Positions 8,121-16,693 of a DNA stretch of 20,000 nucleotides are shown piece by piece. Under the pieces are notes generated by a model, which did no database searches, was not told where the DNA came from, and saw only the letters and a program-made list of their open reading frames with translations. A program made the translations under genes and the position numbers. The stretch is from an uncultured virus (IMG/VR IMGVR_UViG_3300020047_006293) (lineage: Duplodnaviria > Heunggongvirae > Uroviricota > Caudoviricetes), in IMG/VR virus record IMGVR_UViG_3300020047_006293, one strand, 5' to 3'. Within the stretch, counting starts at the first letter, position 1. Every line of letters begins with the position of its first letter.

Positions 8121-8136
8121 TCACAAATCTCCCTAG
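8121..8136 (+). repeat. Right arm of 16-bp inverted repeat TCACAAATCTCCCTAG
   Basis: Exact reverse complement of 7356-7371. Confidence 0.85.
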
Positions 8137-8154
8137 AAAACAGGGAGATTTTTT
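8125..8154 (+). terminator. Terminator-like hairpin that also contains the SD of the 8155 gene
   Basis: AAATCTCCCT-AGAAAAC-AGGGAGATTT running into a T-tract and then ATG; GGGAG (8143-8147) is in the stem. Confidence 0.65.
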
Positions 8155-9258
8155 ATGGATTTTGGAACTTTAGGACGATACCTCTCATATGGCCTTCCAG
8201 GGATAGGAACAACTAAGCTCGTAGGCGACATCATCAGCGGGACGGATGTTATACCCGGTATCTCAAAACAGGGCGTATTTAACGCAGCCACAGGTACAAC
8301 TCAGGGTGGGTCTAAACCTTTCTCAAGCGTGAACTACAACCCTATGAGTGGACCCACTGGGACGGCTAAGAACGCCGAAGGTGATGGCGGCGCTTACACA
8401 GGTTCCGGTCAGTATACTCTTGGCTCTAGCGCGACTGGTGCGGGTGCTCCTACCGCAGCAGACGAACGCGCTTACTACGACGACCAGATCAACGCCCTCA
8501 ACCAACTTCTCGGTATCACTGACACTCAGAAAAACACTGGCCTCACCCGCCTCAACGAGTCCTTCGCTCAACAGCAAGCACGCCTTAACGAGCAAAAAGA
8601 CAAGACAATGCAGGGTTACGACCAGCAGTCACTCACGAACTCCCAAGACAAACAACGCGGCGTAGAAAACGTTGACCAGTTCGCTAACAACTCGTACAAC
8701 AGCCTCCAAAGGCTTCTTCAGGGTGGAAACGCTGGAAACTCTAGTGTTGGACGTGAACTCATGCCTTACCTTGTTTCTAAAGCAGCTGGAACTCGCCGAC
8801 AGGGCGTCTTTGACACAGCCGGAAAGAACGAACAAAGCATCGTATCTGCTCGCGGTGACGCACAAGACCAGTACCAGTACAGTGCCGAAGACCTTGGCAA
8901 CCAACGTAAAAACCAAGAGCAATCATTCCTCGAAGGTATCCTCAACAAGCAGAACGACCTCACGAGCCAGCGTCGAGCCCTCGAAATCCAGAAAGCGCAA
9001 GCTAACGGTTCAGGGTATGAAGCCGCTCGTGCAGCAGGACAAGCAAGCCAGGGCAGCATTAACGACCGTATGGCTCAACTTAACGCACTCTTTGGTCAGT
9101 ACGCACCAACCTTCACAACTCGTGCCGTAAACACGAAGACTCCTGAACTCGGTAAATTCACCGTTGACCCAGGCCAGATCAAGGCAGATAGCAACCTCCC
9201 AGCTGAATCAAGTTACTACCTATCACAACTCAAGAAGAAACAGGAAGGGCTAGTCTAA
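8155..9258 (+). CDS. Putative internal virion/ejection protein (coiled-coil)
   Basis: 367 aa; Gly-rich N-terminus, then Gln/Asn/Ala-rich helical region; position before the large internal protein. Confidence 0.6.
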   Translation: MDFGTLGRYLSYGLPGIGTTKLVGDIISGTDVIPGISKQGVFNAATGTTQGGSKPFSSVNYNPMSGPTGTAKNAEGDGGAYTGSGQYTLGSSATGAGAPTAADERAYYDDQINALNQLLGITDTQKNTGLTRLNESFAQQQARLNEQKDKTMQGYDQQSLTNSQDKQRGVENVDQFANNSYNSLQRLLQGGNAGNSSVGRELMPYLVSKAAGTRRQGVFDTAGKNEQSIVSARGDAQDQYQYSAEDLGNQRKNQEQSFLEGILNKQNDLTSQRRALEIQKAQANGSGYEAARAAGQASQGSINDRMAQLNALFGQYAPTFTTRAVNTKTPELGKFTVDPGQIKADSNLPAESSYYLSQLKKKQEGLV

Positions 9259-9605
9259 TGGACGTTCTAGGAAACCTCTTTAAGTTACTTGGTGGCCCTC
9301 AGCCTAAACAGCAAGCTCACTTACAACAACAGTCCAATATCCCAACGATACCTGTACGCATGGCAAACCAGCAGCCACGACAAGGTGCTGGTTGGAGCGG
9401 GGTACAGCCATCGACCAGTTTTGACGGAACTATACAGAACAAATATGTAGACCCCCAGAACCAGGGATATGGCCAGAATACCTACGATGCATCAGCTCTC
9501 CAGGGACTACAGAACCCTGGCTATGTTCCACTTCAGCAGACTACTTTTGCTAATAGAGTCCAGCCTAATTCAGTTCAGGACTATTTCAAAAGATACGGAT
9601 ACTAG
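9258..9605 (+). CDS. Gln-rich hypothetical protein (possible small ejection protein)
   Basis: 115 aa; TAATG coupling to the previous gene. Confidence 0.6.
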   Translation: MDVLGNLFKLLGGPQPKQQAHLQQQSNIPTIPVRMANQQPRQGAGWSGVQPSTSFDGTIQNKYVDPQNQGYGQNTYDASALQGLQNPGYVPLQQTTFANRVQPNSVQDYFKRYGY

Positions 9606-9619
9606 GGGGAAAGGGTAGT

Positions 9620-12600
9620 ATGTTCGACCTCCGAAAACTACTCGAAGCCGGAATAGCCCAAGTTAACCCTTTCGACGGCGGTAAAAACTGGAACACTGTA
9701 TACGCACAGAAGCAACCTCAGCAAGTGCAACGCCCAGTTCAACGACAGCCTCAAGCACAACGCCCACAGCCAAACCTCTTCGATCAAGCAGCTAATTTCG
9801 CTACAAAAGCGAACAATGCTGTATATGGTACAGGAATCAACGTCGGGAAAGCACTTGCAGAAGGCATAGCGCAACCATATGACTACTTGTCTAAGGGTAT
9901 CGGAGAAACTCTCGGCTACAACACTCAAGACGCTGTTAACGCTCGTCAGGCTCAAACAAACCTCCAGAACCAAAGTATTGACCTTACTCGTCAAGCAGCT
10001 CAGAAACTACGAGACCCAAGTACTACGCCTGACCAGAAGCAGCGTTGGCAGAGTTTCCTAAACAAACAGCAGCAACTCAACCAACTCAACTTCCAAGACA
10101 CAACAAACCGAAACAACGAGATTATCCAGCGCACAGACCCTATCAAGGGCGCAGCAAGTGTTGGCTCAATCGGTGCTGACGTAGCAACCCTCGGAATCGG
10201 TACTGGTGGTGTTCAGGCGGCAAAGACAGCAGCTCGAACAGGTGGACGAGGCGCACTCTATAGAGAACTCACAAACCAAGCAGTTAAATCAGGCGCAACC
10301 GCGCTTCCTTCTGGCTTTCTTCAGCCATACATAGATAAAGGGAACCAGGCAACAGCTCAGGATGTAGCCCTAAGTGGTGCAGCGGCTTTTGGACTCGGTG
10401 CAGCAATCCCTGGGGCAAGTTATGGACTATCAAAAGCATCTCCAGTAGTTGCAAGCGCAGCCAACGAAGCTCGACCATCTGTTATAGCTAAGAACCAAGC
10501 TAGGCAACACCCCGAAGTTCTCGGATATGACGACCAGTACGCTCAGTTGCAGCGACAATTCGATTCAACCCTAGACCCAGTAGCGCGACGTGCTACTTCT
10601 ATGGCTATGGCCGACAACCGTATGCAACGGCTACAGACCATGCGTCAGGTAGAGCAGCAGTATTTGCAGGGTGGGTATGTAAAAGTCCCTGGAAGTGAGC
10701 CTACACCAGCAAAGACATCCATAGGCTCACAATCCCCACAATCCCCATTGCAAGCAGGGGTATCCCCGCAAACAACAGTACCGGTGCCTTCTCAGACATC
10801 GCGTGCCATGAATAATATAGGCCAAGTAGGACAAGCGGAGAGAGCACAAAAGTTAGCGCCAGAACAACAATCAGTTCCATTTGATAATAGTATACCTCAA
10901 AACACCTCTCAGTTTGTCAAGAGTGCTAAGCGCTCCAAAGAACTTAGTGGTGACTTTAAGACCGAGCTCTCACAGCGCGTCTACACTCCAGAGGTGAATA
11001 AAGAACAACTCGCTAAATCAGCTCAATTCATCCAAGAAAACGGTGTAGATAATGCCGCAGCAGACGTTGTAGCACGCCTCAATACTAAGACTCGCAAGGT
11101 AGAGGCTCAGACTGTTTCAGACGCGATTGAAGCTGGTAAAGCGCTCGATGTAGTGGGTGACGAGAAATCACTCCAAAAAGCCACTGAAATATACGAGAAA
11201 CTTGCCGAAGAACTCACTAAAGCGGGTCAGACAATTCAGGCGGCCTCATTACTCAACAACCGCACTCCGCAAGGTCTCTTGTATGGAGCTGTTAAAAGCT
11301 TTAAGAAAGCTGGAGTTGAGATCACTCCTAAAATGCAGCAAGAGCTAGGCGGACTGATTGATCAGGTTAAAAAGACTACTGCTGACACCTACGATGGACA
11401 GCTGGCACGTTATAAGGTTGCTCAGTTTGTCAGTAAGAACATACCAACCAAGACTACAGATAAACTTGTCAACTTCTGGCGAGCCGGACTCCTCACGGCC
11501 CCAACAACAACCGGAGGAAATATCCTTGGTAACACCGTTGGAGCTATAAGCAAGGGAGTCGCACGGCCGGTCTCAATAGCATCTGATGCAATTATGAGCA
11601 AGTTCACAGGCAAACGTACTATCGCTATGCCCCAAGAACTCGCTTACTCCAAGGGCGCAGTGGAAGGAATATCCAAATTCAAACAATACATGGATACAGG
11701 TTTTGACGAGCGTAACGCCCTCAGCAAATACGACTCCAAAGAGATCAACTATGGTAATGGAAAAGCCGGAAAAGCCCTTAACGTCTACGTAAACGGGGTT
11801 TATCGTCTCATGTCGGCAGCTGACCAACCATTCTGGTATGGAGCTCGAAATAGCTCACTTAGCTCGCTTGCTAAAGCAGACGGCCTCAATAAAGGTCTAA
11901 GAGGAGAAGCGCTCGATGCTCACATCAACCAGATGATGAAATCTCCGCCAACTGACATGATGGAGCAAGCAACTCAGGAGGCCATGTATGCTACTTTCCA
12001 GAACAAGACAGGTTTGGGTGATGCGGCTGTTGGGTTTAAGCACGGACTCAACAAAATCGCCCCTGGACTCGGTGACTTCATTGTTCCATTCACCCAGGTT
12101 CCAGCTTCGATTGCTACTCGTATATTCCAATCAACCCCAGCAGGAACAGCAGCTGAACTGGTCAAACAGGTTATCAACACTCGAAAAGGCGGGAAGTTTG
12201 ATCAGAAGGCTATGGCTGATGCTATCGGAAACGGGGCATTTGGTACGGCAATTCTCGCCTCTGGGTACGCACTCGCCAACTCTGATGCTCTAACCTTTGG
12301 CTATCCACAAGACCAAAAAGAACGCGACCTGTGGGAACTCCAAGGGAAGCAGCCATACTCCGTAAAAGTCGGTGATAGGTGGTACTCACTCAACTACATG
12401 CAGCCTATCGGAACACTCCTCGCAATCGGTGGAAATGCCGCGAAAGAAACTAAGGATGGCTCAGATGCTTTAAGTGCTATCTCTAAGGCAATTGCGACGG
12501 GTGGACAGGCAATGATGAGCCAATCATTCCTAAAGGGTGTCAGTGGCGTACTCGACGCTATAGACGACCCTAAACGCTACGCTGAAACCTTTGTAGAGAA

Positions 12601-13711
12601 CACGGCCGGTTCACTGATTCCTAACTTCTTTAGGTCAGCTGCTCGCTCTATCGACCCAATGCAGAGAGATGTAAAGGGGCCAATAGAAGGCTTACAGGCT
12701 GGAGTCCCAGGACTTCGACAAGGACTCCCAGAAAAACAAGATGTGTTTGGTCAGCCGCTTCCAGCAAAGGACAACGCTCTCAACCAATTCCTCAACCCAC
12801 TACGACCATCTAAGACGAAGGGGGATGCGGTAACGACGGAACTTCAAAGGCTATTTGATAGTGGAAACGGTGTCATGCCAACAAACGCTAAAAAGGATGC
12901 CTTCAAAGACACGACGCTCACAGATCAGCAAGTACGTGAGATTAACGCCGCAGCAGGGCCAAAGATCAAAGACGAGTACATGAAACTCCTCTCTGACCCT
13001 GAGTACGACAAATTGAGCGATGAGCAAAAAAAGAAAGCCTTGTCGGACGTAAACGACACAGTATACGGAGCATTGAAAGCTAAGTATGGAGTTGAGAACG
13101 GTCTTATCTCTAAAGATAAAGTAAAGCTTGATTCTAAGCAGCGTAGCTATCTTGCAGGTGATGGAGTCGCTTCACTTGGGGAGGGTCAAACATACAAGCA
13201 GAAATACGATGCTGCGCTTTCTGAGTACAACGATAACAAAGACACATGGTCTCCTATCGAACGTGCCAAGAAGGAAAAGAACCTCAAATACTTAACTGTC
13301 CAGAAGGACTTTGAGAACGACACGGTGACTCTCTATGGAATGTCTAAAGATGATGTCTATAACCTCGTCTCCAATGACAAAGACGGTAATAAATTCGTTG
13401 AACAAATCCTCGCGTATGGTGATGCACTCGTAGCCGCTGGACTCTCTAAGACTAATAAATTCCGAGATAAATACGGAAATGTCTCTTTGTATGCTTCTGG
13501 AACCTCAAGCAGTGGCGGCTCAAAAAAGAAAACAGGCTCAAGCTCTCGCAAAGGCCTTACCAAATACCCAACGACTGACATAGCCAATACCGCCGCCAAA
13601 GATACCTACTCAACCCTCTCTCGATTACTCGCCGGAACTACAGCAAAAACATCCAAACCGAAACAAATAGGACGAAAAGTCGCACTAAAGAAGATAACGG
13701 TAAGGAGTTAA
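9620..13711 (+). CDS. Large internal virion/DNA ejection protein (large polyvalent protein-like)
   Basis: 1363 aa, mostly helical; FIVPFTQVPASI, QPYSVKVGDRWYSLNYMQPIG, QSFLKGVSGVLDAI, LPEKQDVFGQP motifs recalled from podovirus internal proteins; basic C-terminal tail. Confidence 0.7.
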   Translation: MFDLRKLLEAGIAQVNPFDGGKNWNTVYAQKQPQQVQRPVQRQPQAQRPQPNLFDQAANFATKANNAVYGTGINVGKALAEGIAQPYDYLSKGIGETLGYNTQDAVNARQAQTNLQNQSIDLTRQAAQKLRDPSTTPDQKQRWQSFLNKQQQLNQLNFQDTTNRNNEIIQRTDPIKGAASVGSIGADVATLGIGTGGVQAAKTAARTGGRGALYRELTNQAVKSGATALPSGFLQPYIDKGNQATAQDVALSGAAAFGLGAAIPGASYGLSKASPVVASAANEARPSVIAKNQARQHPEVLGYDDQYAQLQRQFDSTLDPVARRATSMAMADNRMQRLQTMRQVEQQYLQGGYVKVPGSEPTPAKTSIGSQSPQSPLQAGVSPQTTVPVPSQTSRAMNNIGQVGQAERAQKLAPEQQSVPFDNSIPQNTSQFVKSAKRSKELSGDFKTELSQRVYTPEVNKEQLAKSAQFIQENGVDNAAADVVARLNTKTRKVEAQTVSDAIEAGKALDVVGDEKSLQKATEIYEKLAEELTKAGQTIQAASLLNNRTPQGLLYGAVKSFKKAGVEITPKMQQELGGLIDQVKKTTADTYDGQLARYKVAQFVSKNIPTKTTDKLVNFWRAGLLTAPTTTGGNILGNTVGAISKGVARPVSIASDAIMSKFTGKRTIAMPQELAYSKGAVEGISKFKQYMDTGFDERNALSKYDSKEINYGNGKAGKALNVYVNGVYRLMSAADQPFWYGARNSSLSSLAKADGLNKGLRGEALDAHINQMMKSPPTDMMEQATQEAMYATFQNKTGLGDAAVGFKHGLNKIAPGLGDFIVPFTQVPASIATRIFQSTPAGTAAELVKQVINTRKGGKFDQKAMADAIGNGAFGTAILASGYALANSDALTFGYPQDQKERDLWELQGKQPYSVKVGDRWYSLNYMQPIGTLLAIGGNAAKETKDGSDALSAISKAIATGGQAMMSQSFLKGVSGVLDAIDDPKRYAETFVENTAGSLIPNFFRSAARSIDPMQRDVKGPIEGLQAGVPGLRQGLPEKQDVFGQPLPAKDNALNQFLNPLRPSKTKGDAVTTELQRLFDSGNGVMPTNAKKDAFKDTTLTDQQVREINAAAGPKIKDEYMKLLSDPEYDKLSDEQKKKALSDVNDTVYGALKAKYGVENGLISKDKVKLDSKQRSYLAGDGVASLGEGQTYKQKYDAALSEYNDNKDTWSPIERAKKEKNLKYLTVQKDFENDTVTLYGMSKDDVYNLVSNDKDGNKFVEQILAYGDALVAAGLSKTNKFRDKYGNVSLYASGTSSSGGSKKKTGSSSRKGLTKYPTTDIANTAAKDTYSTLSRLLAGTTAKTSKPKQIGRKVALKKITVRS
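10701..10880 (-). CDS. Nested antisense two-TM membrane protein (59 aa: MELIVVLALTFVLSPLVLLGLYYSWHAMSEKAPVLLFAGIPLLAMGIVGIVSLWMSLLV)
   Basis: ATG at 10880, TAG at 10703-10701; two hydrophobic helices and a short polar loop; coincides with the P/Q/S/T linker of the host gene; promoter elements immediately upstream. Confidence 0.65.
   Translation of the reverse strand: MELIVVLALTFVLSPLVLLGLYYSWHAMSEKAPVLLFAGIPLLAMGIVGIVSLWMSLLV
10889..10920 (-). promoter_or_regulatory. Antisense promoter-like element inside the 1363-aa gene
   Basis: Minus strand reads TTGACA (10920-10915), 20 nt, TATACT (10894-10889), 8 nt, ATG. The spacer is longer than canonical. Confidence 0.5.
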
Positions 13712-13712
13712 T

Positions 13713-14597
13713 ATGGACGCAGAAACACTACTAATCGAAGCTTACACAGCTTACAGGGGTAAGGGGCTTTCAAAAGTCCCAGTATGGGGCACGGAGAAAT
13801 CAGCAACCGCTCTTCGTATAGCAAACCGAAAGAAAAACGAATGGGCTAGGGATTCTAACCAGGCATGGCGACAGAATTTCCGCTCAGACATAACCTCAGT
13901 AGATCAGCCCGGAACGGTTAGTACAGCCGGAACTACTACCTTAACTGGAACAGGAACCTACTTTGAAGACTTTGCTGTAGGGGACAAGATAACCGTATCT
14001 GGTGAGACCGAACGAATCATCGCAACAATCACGGACAACACGACACTCACTGTCACCGTAGCCTTCTCGAACACCGCCAGTGGGAAGACGTTTAAACGAC
14101 GCCCAATCATCACTGCTGGAGTTCAGGAGTACAGCCTCCATCGCAACTTCTTTATGTCATCTGACTACGCAACGGTCGCTCTCACATCCCAGGATGTGCC
14201 ACTCACTTTTGCTAAGCCTCAAGATCGCATCTCGGGTGACGTCTACATATCAGGTATGCGCCCTAAAATGCTGACTTTCTACCAGGACATTGAGTCGGGT
14301 AGTTTCCTCGAAGGCGGAGAGTTACAAGTGCCTGGCTACTACATCCCAAGTGACCTTTCTGCTACTACAGACCTCGTACCAGAAGGAATAGAAGAATGGC
14401 TTATGTATGCCGTTGCTGCTGAACTTGCCCGAAATGACCCAGCGAAAGACTCTGAGTTTCCAAACCTCCTTGGTATGGCTAACGACAACTACCGAAAGCT
14501 TATCGATGCCAATAACAACCTAGGATTTATGCAGGGTGGAACTGTGCCATATAACGTACCGTCAGTGGGTGAAGCACCTGACGCCTGGAGTCTGTAA
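13713..14597 (+). CDS. Putative head-tail adaptor/tail tubular protein A with inserted beta domain
   Basis: 294 aa; helical termini, ITAGVQEYSL..F and DLVPEGIEEWLMYAVAAELA motifs; AAGGAG RBS; precedes the nozzle gene. Confidence 0.65.
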   Translation: MDAETLLIEAYTAYRGKGLSKVPVWGTEKSATALRIANRKKNEWARDSNQAWRQNFRSDITSVDQPGTVSTAGTTTLTGTGTYFEDFAVGDKITVSGETERIIATITDNTTLTVTVAFSNTASGKTFKRRPIITAGVQEYSLHRNFFMSSDYATVALTSQDVPLTFAKPQDRISGDVYISGMRPKMLTFYQDIESGSFLEGGELQVPGYYIPSDLSATTDLVPEGIEEWLMYAVAAELARNDPAKDSEFPNLLGMANDNYRKLIDANNNLGFMQGGTVPYNVPSVGEAPDAWSL

Positions 14598-16609
14598 TGT
14601 TTACCCCGAGTCCTAAACCAAAGGCTCGAAAGCCAATCAGCATTACCCAGGGTGCACCAAGTGGTAAGGGATTTAAACGTGGCTACCAAAGTTTCGTAAC
14701 CGATAGTCGCACGCCTTTCGACGCGCTCTCAGACATGACCAACGCCACTTTAGACCAAGACAACCTTCCTCGACCTCGTGAATCACTTGTACTCTTTGGA
14801 GAACAGCCTACTGGTGCAGTGTTGGGAGCAGGAACGTTTATAAAGATCGTCTCTGGTCGTCCTGAAAAATGGGACATCATCATGCAAGTAGACGGTGGAG
14901 TAGGAAAAATCTATGTTCGCAAAGATGGGGGAACCTGGGCAGCTGCTACTGGGGCGGGGAACTCATATGACTCAGAAGCGATCGCCACTTTCTGCCAGTC
15001 TGGGAGCCGTGTATATGTCTCCAATGCTACAAATGCGATGAGCTACTACAATATCTCTACTGGAGCGATTGTTGTCTACTCGGCGCTCGCTACCCCATCT
15101 ACCCCAACTGCTACCGGAACAGGACTAACAGGAACAAACTATACCTACTACTACCGAGTAACTGCTAACAACGCTGTTGGTGAATCTGCCGCTTCTGTTG
15201 CTGATACCGAGCAGGTAAGCAAGGTACGGGATAGCTGGATAGCTGCGAGCGAGTACATAACGGTCTCGTGGAGTTCAGTTGCTGGCGCTACTTCCTATAG
15301 CATTTATGTTGGAACGGTGGCGGGGTCAGAACAGTACCTCACAAGCACTACTGGGCTCACGTTCAAAGACGACGGAACGCTCACCCTCAACGCCTTCAAA
15401 CTCGCCCCAGCTGGAAACTCAACTGCTGGCCCAACGCTTTCATACATGTGGAACAAGGACGGTCAGTTGTTCGGAGTAGGGGATATAAACAACCCCGACT
15501 ACCTATGGTATGACGCTGGAGCTACAGCAGTCGGTGACTTCTCGCCATTTAATGGTGGTGGTAACGTCGGTATTAACTCGGGTGGAGATACTGTCCCACA
15601 AGCCGTGAGAACCTTCCGAACAGGTAAGGGTGACCCTGCTGTTACGGTACTTTCAAGCGGTGTAGCAGGAACAGGAAAGATGCACCACGTCGTCTTTACC
15701 AGTACCACCTTTGATAACAACGTCATCACGATACCAAACGTTCAAGAAGCTAACGGACAGGGTGGTACACTCTCGGCTCGTGCAGTACTGGAGATTAATA
15801 ACTCAATCGTCTATCCAACCGGACAAGACTTTAAGGGCACAGGTACCGCTGCAAACGTTCAGAACATCCTCTCTACGAGTTCAATCAGTAATGACATCAT
15901 CGAAGATGTTAGACGCCTCAACCTATCAGCTATGAGTGGTGCTTGTGGGCTTGTATACGAAGGAAAAGCATACTGGGCTGTACCAGTCGCAAGTTCAAGT
16001 AATAACCAAATCTGGATAAAAGACTACACCCGAGGTGGTATATGGATTATGCCGTGGATTATCTCAGCTAAGTTCATGTGGCTTTCTGAGAACAACACTA
16101 CTGGAAAGATTAGCTTCTGCATCTACGATGGTACAAACATCCTAGAGTTCTCGCGGTCTGTCGCGACTCAGGACAATGGCATACCGTTTAGAACTCGTGT
16201 CGCTCACGAAGGCCTCGTATGGTCGGACAGCGGTATGACAATGGGCGCTATCCAGGAGCAGAGATTCAAACTCCTCCAGCCAGCTGGAACTATCCAGATT
16301 AACTCATTTGGACTTGACGAAGATGGTCAGGTGAATACCCTTGCAACCGACACATTCACCCAAACAGCCTCATTTACTGGATGGGGACAACTACTTTGGT
16401 CTGACGGTGAACTCCCGAGCATGTGGTCTGACGACGTGGGAATGATCAACTTCACCACTACCCAGGTACACGTCACCTCGCTAGAGATAGATGAAACCCT
16501 GAATCAGCTAGGGTGGGAAGTAATAACCGATACCGCCGGATGTGACTACTCACTCAGTACTGTCAACACCCGAGGCATTGAAATTCCTAACAGTTTCTAT
16601 GGAGACTAA
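14597..16609 (+). CDS. Putative tail nozzle/DNA stabilisation protein (tubular B / P22 gp10-like) with Fn3-like insert
   Basis: 670 aa beta-rich, propeller-like; YYYRVTANNAVGESAAS...TVSWSSVAGATSYSIYVG Fn3-like segment. Confidence 0.65.
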   Translation: MFTPSPKPKARKPISITQGAPSGKGFKRGYQSFVTDSRTPFDALSDMTNATLDQDNLPRPRESLVLFGEQPTGAVLGAGTFIKIVSGRPEKWDIIMQVDGGVGKIYVRKDGGTWAAATGAGNSYDSEAIATFCQSGSRVYVSNATNAMSYYNISTGAIVVYSALATPSTPTATGTGLTGTNYTYYYRVTANNAVGESAASVADTEQVSKVRDSWIAASEYITVSWSSVAGATSYSIYVGTVAGSEQYLTSTTGLTFKDDGTLTLNAFKLAPAGNSTAGPTLSYMWNKDGQLFGVGDINNPDYLWYDAGATAVGDFSPFNGGGNVGINSGGDTVPQAVRTFRTGKGDPAVTVLSSGVAGTGKMHHVVFTSTTFDNNVITIPNVQEANGQGGTLSARAVLEINNSIVYPTGQDFKGTGTAANVQNILSTSSISNDIIEDVRRLNLSAMSGACGLVYEGKAYWAVPVASSSNNQIWIKDYTRGGIWIMPWIISAKFMWLSENNTTGKISFCIYDGTNILEFSRSVATQDNGIPFRTRVAHEGLVWSDSGMTMGAIQEQRFKLLQPAGTIQINSFGLDEDGQVNTLATDTFTQTASFTGWGQLLWSDGELPSMWSDDVGMINFTTTQVHVTSLEIDETLNQLGWEVITDTAGCDYSLSTVNTRGIEIPNSFYGD

Positions 16610-16631
16610 GCATGCGAATCAAGCAAATTTA

Positions 16632-16693
16632 TGATAAAATAACACTAAGAAAGACATGCCCCGTCGCGGATTGTCCCATAAAGGAACAATCCC
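16632..16693 (+). promoter_or_regulatory. Extended -10 (TGATAAAAT) plus structured leader with TGCCCCGTCG motif and SD-sequestering hairpin
   Basis: -10 at 16635-16640; motif at 16657-16666; GGATTGT (16668-16674) pairs with ACAATCC (16686-16692) around AAGGA. Confidence 0.6.

Noticed and set aside
9638..9994. 118-aa minus-strand ORF with a hydrophobic stretch
   Set aside because: In-register shadow of Gln/Pro-rich sense codons; no promoter or RBS seen
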